From positions 64,001-85,239 of IMG/VR virus record IMGVR_UViG_2556921669_000003: DNA of 21,239 nucleotides. One strand, 5' to 3'. A program made the position numbers and the translations under genes. Below the pieces are notes generated by a model. It ran no database searches and was not told the origin of the DNA. It saw only the letters and a list, made by a program, of their open reading frames with translations. The DNA comes from a virus (lineage: Duplodnaviria > Heunggongvirae > Uroviricota > Caudoviricetes). Shown here in pieces: positions 15,932 through 21,239 of the stretch (positions are counted from its first letter, which is position 1; each line of letters starts with the position of its first letter).

Positions 15932-16680
15932 TGGGCTCGCTCACAAAAGCAGCGGCACTTCGCGCCGCAGAGAAAGAGCGAGCGGAGCGCAAGTCCGCGC
16001 CGGCTATAACCAAATCGCAGAAAGCTTATAACGACAACGACCGCGGCCTGTATGTCGGGCTGCGGCGGAGCATCGCGGATGATCCTAGCTATCAGGAGTT
16101 CGAGCGCCTCGCCAATGAACAGGGCGTGCAGCATGGCGACCCATCGAAGGCGCCGTGGGCACCGGAGAACCGCGGCATACCGTTTGATAAACTGCTTGCC
16201 GCACATGTTGCTCATCGTCCCGCGTCCACGGACAGCGGACAGTTCCGCGGCGACAACCCGCACATGGAAATGACGCCGGAGGAACGGTTGCCATCTGGCC
16301 TTGCCTTGCTGTCCGCACGACACGGCTACCTCTACCTCGGCTCCCCCTACAGCAAGTACGAGGCCGGTCACGACGCGGCGGCTCGTGTCGTCGCAGACGC
16401 GGCAGCCACTTTGATGCGGCGTGGGCTCGTCATTTACTCTCCGATCGCGCACGGGCATGCCATCGCAGCTCACGGACTGCCGCTCGACTGGGCCTTCTGG
16501 AAGGCGCAATGCCAGCCGCTGATCGACGGTGCGGTTGGGCTGATCGTCCTCACCATGGACGGATGGCAGGAGTCCGTCGGCCTCCAATATGAGATCGAGG
16601 AGTTTGTGCGGACTGGCCGGCCGATCCTACATGTCCCGCCGGCTTGGCTGGCGGCGAGTGAAGTGGGGAGGGCTGCATGA
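15931..16680 (+). CDS. DUF1937-like (nucleoside deoxyribosyltransferase-fold) domain with N-terminal extension, 249 aa
   Basis: YLGSPYS, YSPIAHGH and GWQESVGLQYEIE motifs. Confidence 0.75.
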   Translation: MGSLTKAAALRAAEKERAERKSAPAITKSQKAYNDNDRGLYVGLRRSIADDPSYQEFERLANEQGVQHGDPSKAPWAPENRGIPFDKLLAAHVAHRPASTDSGQFRGDNPHMEMTPEERLPSGLALLSARHGYLYLGSPYSKYEAGHDAAARVVADAAATLMRRGLVIYSPIAHGHAIAAHGLPLDWAFWKAQCQPLIDGAVGLIVLTMDGWQESVGLQYEIEEFVRTGRPILHVPPAWLAASEVGRAA

Positions 16681-16853
16681 CCTACCACCGTGAAAAGCTC
16701 ACCGGCCGCAGTCGCCACCGCACTGACGAAGCGGGCAAACTCATCCTGCAGGTGGAGGTGGACCGGCACAGCAACGCACCAACCGTCCGCTATTGGCGGG
16801 ACGCCAAGGCGGAAGACCTGACCGTCAAGAACAGCATTCCGGAGGTAGTATGA
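16677..16853 (+). CDS. Phage hypothetical protein, 58 aa (not in the ORF track)
   Basis: ATGA overlaps at both ends; KLILQVE...WRDAKAEDL. Confidence 0.68.
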   Translation: MTYHREKLTGRSRHRTDEAGKLILQVEVDRHSNAPTVRYWRDAKAEDLTVKNSIPEVV

Positions 16854-17131
16854 AGCCCGGCGACAAGGTGATTTGCATCGACGACAAGGTGCCCCTGGCA
16901 GGCGGCGCCGTGGTGAAGGACGCCAACCTCACGGAAGGAGAGATCTACATCGTGCGTTGGTACGGCGTGGAGACCCACTACACCCTCGGCACCTACTACG
17001 GCGTGAAGTTGGAAGGCATCGACAGCAAGTTCGGCGACGTCTGGGCGACGCCTGACTGCGCTTACAATGCCTCCCGCTTCCGCCCCCTCGTAGAGCCCAA
17101 GACCCAACGCGAACTGGAGGTGGCGGAATGA
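16850..17131 (+). CDS. Phage hypothetical protein, 93 aa (SH3-like pattern)
   Basis: GGAGG RBS; MKPGDKVICID...YNASRFRPL. Confidence 0.72.
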   Translation: MKPGDKVICIDDKVPLAGGAVVKDANLTEGEIYIVRWYGVETHYTLGTYYGVKLEGIDSKFGDVWATPDCAYNASRFRPLVEPKTQRELEVAE

Positions 17132-17307
17132 CCTGGAAAGACTGGACCGGCGGTGAGGCACCAACCGGGCAGGTGGATATCCGCCTGCGCTCCGGGCGTG
17201 AGATCAAGGATACGGCGGCTCGCAAGTGGCTGTGGGGTCGGCCGGAGGCCGACAATGACAACGGCGGCGTGATCGTCGCGTATCGGGAAGTGGGGGAGGC
17301 GGCTTGA
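17128..17307 (+). CDS. Phage hypothetical protein, 59 aa (not in the ORF track)
   Basis: GGAGG RBS; ATGA/TGATG overlaps; MTWKDWTGGEAP...IVAYR. Confidence 0.68.
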   Translation: MTWKDWTGGEAPTGQVDIRLRSGREIKDTAARKWLWGRPEADNDNGGVIVAYREVGEAA

Positions 17308-17627
17308 TGGCGGAAAGCATGATCGAGAGGGTGGCGCGGGCTATCTTTGAAGAATGCAACAGGCAATCCCCAGTCGCAGGCTTCGGCTACGCCGACGCCG
17401 ACGGCGACAAGACTGTGCTCGACGGCGCGTATGACCTCAAGGCCGTAGCGCGCGCTGCCATCGAGGCGATGCGGGAGCCGAGCGGCGAGATGCTGTCGGC
17501 AGGCATAAAGCGGGGTGTCGCGTGGGATTATGGAGAGCGTGGCGATCCTGATGAGCCGCCTCACACTTCGGAGGAAGCCATCTACATCGCCATGATCAAC
17601 GCCGCACTGAAGGAGACCAACCCATGA
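17307..17627 (+). CDS. Phage hypothetical protein, 106 aa
   Basis: MIERVARAI...ARAAIEAMREPS.EM...AMINAAL pattern. Confidence 0.72.
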   Translation: MAESMIERVARAIFEECNRQSPVAGFGYADADGDKTVLDGAYDLKAVARAAIEAMREPSGEMLSAGIKRGVAWDYGERGDPDEPPHTSEEAIYIAMINAALKETNP

Positions 17628-18289
17628 CCGAACTCACCGTAGGCTCCATCAACTTCGCCCCCTCGCAAGTTGCCGCCCTCGGCGCAGCGATCGGGAAGGA
17701 TGTCCCGATGTTCTGGTACGATATCCCCGGCAACATCCCCCGCCGCCCCGCCAACGACAACTACCCCCGCGTCGTCGCCCTGACCGGCGCGGCAGGCAGC
17801 GGCAAGTCCACCGCGGCCGACTACCTCATCCGCCATCACGGCTACGAGCGAGTCAAGTTTGCGGGGCCTTTGAAGGATATGTGCCGGGCGATAGGCATGA
17901 CGGAAAGCCAGATCGAAGGTGAGAGCAAGGAAGAGCCTGCCGCAATGCTTTCCGGCAAGACGCCTCGGCATGCGATGCAAACCCTGGGCACGGAATGGGG
18001 CCGAAAGTGCATGGGCGAGGATTTCTGGGCGAACCTGTGGCTGTCACGAGTGAAAGCCATCCTGGCGTTCGATGGCCGCGTCGTTGTCGACGACTGCCGC
18101 TTCCCGAACGAGGCGGAAGCCGTCCGCAAGCTGGGCGGCGTCATCATCAAGCTAGAGGGCAGGGGCGGCATTGCCGGCACGCACGCCAGTGAGGCGGGCT
18201 GCGGCACTTGGGATGGGGTCGTAGTCAATGATGGAGGGCTGGTCGAGCTTTATGCCGGCGTCGATGAGGCGGTCAGGAGGGCGGCGTGA
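17624..18289 (+). CDS. Deoxynucleoside monophosphate kinase (T4 gp1-like)
   Basis: P-loop GAAGSGKST; TPRHAMQTLGTEWGR; DDCRFPNEAE. Confidence 0.9.
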   Translation: MTELTVGSINFAPSQVAALGAAIGKDVPMFWYDIPGNIPRRPANDNYPRVVALTGAAGSGKSTAADYLIRHHGYERVKFAGPLKDMCRAIGMTESQIEGESKEEPAAMLSGKTPRHAMQTLGTEWGRKCMGEDFWANLWLSRVKAILAFDGRVVVDDCRFPNEAEAVRKLGGVIIKLEGRGGIAGTHASEAGCGTWDGVVVNDGGLVELYAGVDEAVRRAA

Positions 18290-18519
18290 TGGAGGTCTAC
18301 CGCGAAGACATCGTTGAGCTAGCGAATGATATTCTTGATCAAATCCTTGAGGAAAAGGAGGCGGAGTTCCAGCTTCAGATGATCATCGACGCGCTCATGT
18401 CTGAACGTATGCGTTGCGCTTGGCTGGCCGAGCACTATTTCGATTCCGAGGAGTACGGCACGAACTACAGGCTGGCCGCAGCTCAGATTGCAGAGGCGAT
18501 CGGGAGGCGTCCGTCGTGA
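18289..18519 (+). CDS. Hypothetical protein, 76 aa
   Basis: TGATG coupling at both ends. Confidence 0.6.
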   Translation: MEVYREDIVELANDILDQILEEKEAEFQLQMIIDALMSERMRCAWLAEHYFDSEEYGTNYRLAAAQIAEAIGRRPS

Positions 18520-18677
18520 TGTCCTACTGCGACCACTGGCTGTTCCAGTACGAAAAGAACTGCGTGGGCTATCGCTTGTTAGCGGAGCATGGCTGGTCCG
18601 GGATGGCCGGAATCGCCATCGGCGTAGTTGTGTTGTTGCTAATCGCGAGTCTTCTCAGGAGGACGGCAAAAGGTTGA
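18519..18677 (+). CDS. Small single-TM protein, 52 aa
   Basis: TGATG coupling; IAIGVVVLLLIASLL. Confidence 0.5.
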   Translation: MSYCDHWLFQYEKNCVGYRLLAEHGWSGMAGIAIGVVVLLLIASLLRRTAKG

Positions 18678-18694
18678 GTCGCAACGGGCCAATA

Positions 18695-18726
18695 CTTGAC
18701 AAATTTGTAGAAATAATCCTTTATGT
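18695..18726 (+). promoter_or_regulatory. Second operator-overlapped promoter, upstream of the excisionase gene
   Basis: CTTGACAAATTTGTA is identical to 10249-10263; -10 candidates CTTTAT (N17) or TTATGT (N19). Confidence 0.7.
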
Positions 18727-18762
18727 GGATACCGGAAACTTCACCACCTAGAGGAGACCAAG

Positions 18763-18966
18763 ATGCCAGATTCCAGCTACAACGTACCAACACTGGTAAG
18801 CCTCAATGAGGCATGCAGAATGACGTCAATGTCTCGGAGTATGCTGAACCGATATCGAGCCGAAGGCCGCTTTCCGGTCGCCGTCGAACTCGGCGACCGC
18901 CGCGTTGCATTCGTCCGCTCCGAGGTTGTCGAGTGGATCCAGGCAAAGATTTCGGCGCGTGGCTAA
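18763..18966 (+). CDS. AlpA-family excisionase / recombination directionality factor, 67 aa
   Basis: GAGGAG RBS; LVSLNEACRMTSMSRS...GRFPVAVELG.RRVAF..SEV.EWI; near att. Confidence 0.88.
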   Translation: MPDSSYNVPTLVSLNEACRMTSMSRSMLNRYRAEGRFPVAVELGDRRVAFVRSEVVEWIQAKISARG

Positions 18967-19637
18967 TGCCCGGAACTGCACTGTATAGGCATTTCGACAG
19001 CAGCGGAGCTCTTCTGTATGTGGGTATTTCTGCTCGACCACTGACTAGACTGGCGGAACACGAAGACTCGCATTGGATCAACGATGTGACTCGTGTTGAA
19101 ATGGAGCGCTTCTCAAGTAGGGAGGTTGCGGCGGAAGCTGAACGTACCGCGATCAAGTCCGAAAATCCGATCCACAATATTGTTCACAACAGGTCGCAAA
19201 AGAGTACGCCAAGGTCGCGATCTCGTCACTTGTTGACGTTTAAGGAAGTGAGGAGTTTGTGCGGAATCAATCCAGTTTATTCAAAGAGTTTTCCGCTCCC
19301 TGTAAATCCGGACGAGGTTGGCAACTGGCGCTGGACGGCGGACGAAGTGCGACAGTGGATTGAGAAGAGGTCGGAAACAAAAAAAGGTCGATGGAAACCC
19401 AAGATTGAAGAAGGTGATACGTGGGTCACGTTGTCAGAGATTAGGGATCTCGCCGATTACAGAGTTTCGAGCATCTGTCGTACACTGCCACCCCCTTCGG
19501 CAAAATCCATAAACTATAGCAAAGGCAACGCCTTTGTTATGAAGGGGCGAGACCTATGGAGACTTTCAGATGTAATGGCGGCAGTAAACAAGCACAGAAA
19601 GATACCCTTGGGTGCATCTGACTTGCCTCTTGATTGA
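18966..19637 (+). CDS. GIY-YIG nuclease fused to two AlpA-like winged-helix repeats, 223 aa
   Basis: LYRHF...LLYVGIS...R..EH...E...E..AI..ENP.HN; repeats LLTFKEV...FPLPV...RWTADEVRQWI and VTLSEI...LPPP...LWRLSDV. Confidence 0.75.
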   Translation: MPGTALYRHFDSSGALLYVGISARPLTRLAEHEDSHWINDVTRVEMERFSSREVAAEAERTAIKSENPIHNIVHNRSQKSTPRSRSRHLLTFKEVRSLCGINPVYSKSFPLPVNPDEVGNWRWTADEVRQWIEKRSETKKGRWKPKIEEGDTWVTLSEIRDLADYRVSSICRTLPPPSAKSINYSKGNAFVMKGRDLWRLSDVMAAVNKHRKIPLGASDLPLD

Positions 19638-19648
19638 GAGCCTAATTC

Positions 19649-19679
19649 AACCCCGCCCAAACGGCGGGGTTTTCCTTTT
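19649..19679 (+). terminator. Intrinsic terminator after the xis/GIY-YIG unit
   Basis: 9-bp stem AACCCCGCC/GGCGGGGTT followed by TTCCTTTT. Confidence 0.78.
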
Positions 19680-19685
19680 CCCCGC

Positions 19686-19934
19686 CTACCGTCTAGGACA
19701 CCTCAGAAGCATGCAGCCGTCGCACTCGGCGCTGCCTCGTCTGGTCAATACAAGCGCGTCGCCCAAGATGGTCCGCCTGGCGACTGCGCTCTTCGCCGTC
19801 CGTTCGATGCGGTATTGCTCTCTGCCAGCTGCCGTCATTCCCCGTCCGACAACAATCGATGCTAGCGAACCGCATTTATGGTTCACACATTCTCCCTCAG
19901 TGAATGCATACGACAATTGCAACTCCATACCCAT
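19686..19934 (-). CDS. Hypothetical protein, 82 aa
   Basis: Open frame with an upstream promoter match; converges on the terminator. Confidence 0.55.
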   Translation of the reverse strand: MGMELQLSYAFTEGECVNHKCGSLASIVVGRGMTAAGREQYRIERTAKSAVARRTILGDALVLTRRGSAECDGCMLLRCPRR

Positions 19935-19948
19935 ACAACTGCATACGG

Positions 19949-19977
19949 ATAGTCATATCAGCCTAATTTTTAGTCAA
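19949..19977 (-). promoter_or_regulatory. Candidate sigma70 promoter for 19686-19934
   Basis: TTGACT-N17-GACTAT on the minus strand. Confidence 0.45.
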
Positions 19978-20178
19978 GGTAAATAAATGGTTAACCGGGA
20001 ACAATAGGTGGCGAATCGCCCCGCACGAAAAAGCAGTCGAATAGATCTGTCTCCCCATCCCCGAGGCGGATCTGCCGACCACGGTCCCTCCCGCGAATCG
20101 AGCGCCGATGGGCAAGGCCCAGCGCACGACGTACAAGCGACGTCTGCGGGGCGGGTCGTCTTTCAGGACTGGCTGCAT
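19963..20178 (-). CDS. Possible hypothetical protein, 71 aa
   Basis: Strong GGAGGGA RBS; shares a VVGR...GR(Q/E)xY segment with the neighbouring ORF. Confidence 0.35.
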   Translation of the reverse strand: MQPVLKDDPPRRRRLYVVRWALPIGARFAGGTVVGRSASGMGRQIYSTAFSCGAIRHLLFPVNHLFTLTKN

Positions 20179-20559
20179 GATTCCCTCCGCGGCGTGCGGC
20201 GCCGAAGCCGGGGGTTAGTAACCTGCCGTGAAGACAAGCCGGATGCTTTTAGCCGAAGCCTGGACATGACGATCCGCCCCCGGCCACGAAGGCCTTGGCG
20301 AATGCGCCAGCCGCCAAGCTGCGCAAAGGTTCGGCTGCAGCGAGGCAGCCTATTCACGGTCAGGGTTACTAAGCCCGTAACAGTTATAGCGGGTGGGTGA
20401 CGGGAGGCAATATGGTTAGATTTGGGGAGAGGATTGACCGCCGATCGCGTCAGCAGTATCATGAATTACAGTTTGCAAACGACATGTAACCTATTGAATT
20501 CGTTTTATCGGAATTTGATCTGGTTTGAAATCAAGCCCTAAAAATCATTGAATAAAGAC

Positions 20560-20608
20560 CTGACTCTTAATCAGCGGGTCCACGGTTCGAGCCCGTGATC
20601 ACCCACCA
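20560..20608 (+). tRNA. 3' half of tRNA-Lys(CTT): prophage att core duplication, not a complete gene
   Basis: CTGA-CT-CTT-AA-TCAG anticodon arm, GGTTCGA T-loop and CCA end; the upstream sequence lacks a D-arm and acceptor 5' strand. Confidence 0.9.
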
Positions 20609-20759
20609 TTTTTCTCTTAAGAGAGAAATGGTTACGCTGATTTCTTCCTGTAAAACATAAACTAGGCCCTAGGGGCCTCTCCGCTGGTCCGGGACGTTTT
20701 CTGCCGTGCAGGTGCTTGCTGCTGAAGGTGTTGGCTGGGCCTGTTCTGCTGCGTCCTTT

Positions 20760-21239
20760 TCAGGCGTATTGCTGGCCGGCGCGGGTCTGGGCGGGGACCG
20801 GTTTTGGGTCGAACCTCTCCGGGAGGTCGGTGCCAAACTGCATCTGCCAATAGAGGGTCAGGATGTAGTTGCGCGTCAGCGGGGCGAGCGGCAGGGCGGG
20901 GGTTTCCTGGACCGGGGTCCATATCGCCTCGTCGATCTCCGTCGTCGGTGCGACCGTTTCATCCTGCAACCTGACCAGAAACACATAGGCGATGACGAGG
21001 TGATCCGGCGCATCGGCCGCCTCGGCTTCGAAGCAGCCGAAGGGTGCCATCCGCGAGGGCGGGATGACAAGGCCGAGCTCCCCATGCAGCCGGCGGGCAA
21101 GGGCCGCCTTAGGCGCTTCCCCATCCCGTATGGTGCCGCCCGCCTGCATGAACAGGGGCATGCCGCGCTTGCGCAGCAGGAGCGTCTCGCCGTTTTCGCG
21201 AACGACGAGGGCGACAGCGATGCGAATTTCTTCCTGCAT
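20760..21239 (-). CDS. Host NUDIX hydrolase (may extend 5' beyond the window)
   Basis: AVALVV...LLLRK; degenerate Nudix box GGTIRDGEAPKAALARRLHGELG; outside att. Confidence 0.82.
   Translation of the reverse strand: MQEEIRIAVALVVRENGETLLLRKRGMPLFMQAGGTIRDGEAPKAALARRLHGELGLVIPPSRMAPFGCFEAEAADAPDHLVIAYVFLVRLQDETVAPTTEIDEAIWTPVQETPALPLAPLTRNYILTLYWQMQFGTDLPERFDPKPVPAQTRAGQQYA

Larger units (their letters stand above)
1..20608 (+). mobile_element. Prophage (myovirus-type, P2-like tail module), right-hand part; left end lies outside the window
   Basis: Tail, lysis, early nucleotide-metabolism and excisionase genes, bounded on the right by a tRNA 3'-end duplication; a host-type NUDIX gene follows. 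Confidence 0.93.

Noticed and set aside
19963-19973. CTAA-TTT-TTAG inverted repeat as a third copy of the operator
   Set aside because: It overlaps a -35 in a similar way but does not match ACAAATTTGT, and it is a single AT-rich copy.
20008-20462. 130-aa plus-strand and 99-aa minus-strand ORFs as integrase remnants or genes
   Set aside because: Arg/Pro-rich shadow-like composition and no tyrosine-recombinase motifs.
20536-20608. Complete tRNA-Lys gene
   Set aside because: The sequence 5' of 20560 cannot form the D-arm or acceptor stem; it is an att duplication.
20662-20922. 86-aa minus-strand ORF overlapping the NUDIX 3' end
   Set aside because: Alternative frame with low-complexity composition and no support.

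Overview
The window is the right-hand ~20.6 kb of a contractile-tailed (P2-like tail module) prophage in an alphaproteobacterial, probably Rhizobiales, chromosome. The prophage ends at a duplicated 3' half of tRNA-Lys(CTT) (att core, 20560-20608), followed by a host NUDIX hydrolase gene. The gene order starts with the tail genes: sheath end, tube, tail chaperone with a -1 frameshift signal, tape measure, gpU, gpX and gpD. Two divergent accessory gene pairs are inserted among and after them. Next come a GH19-like endolysin/holin cassette and a LexA-boxed SOS cassette ending in a SRAP protein. A long coupled rightward operon follows, then an AlpA excisionase and a GIY-YIG nuclease. The most unusual items are: (1) a seven-gene envelope module with a secreted trypsin-like protease, a MotA/TolQ/ExbB-like protein, an ExbD/MotB-like Asp-TM protein and small membrane proteins; (2) tmRNA-tag-like (A)NDN motifs in five neighbouring early proteins, one ending in a near-complete tag mimic; and (3) a recurring hairpin with a YYACCAR loop in leaders, showing covariation. 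All family calls come from motif recognition by eye; no database search was run.
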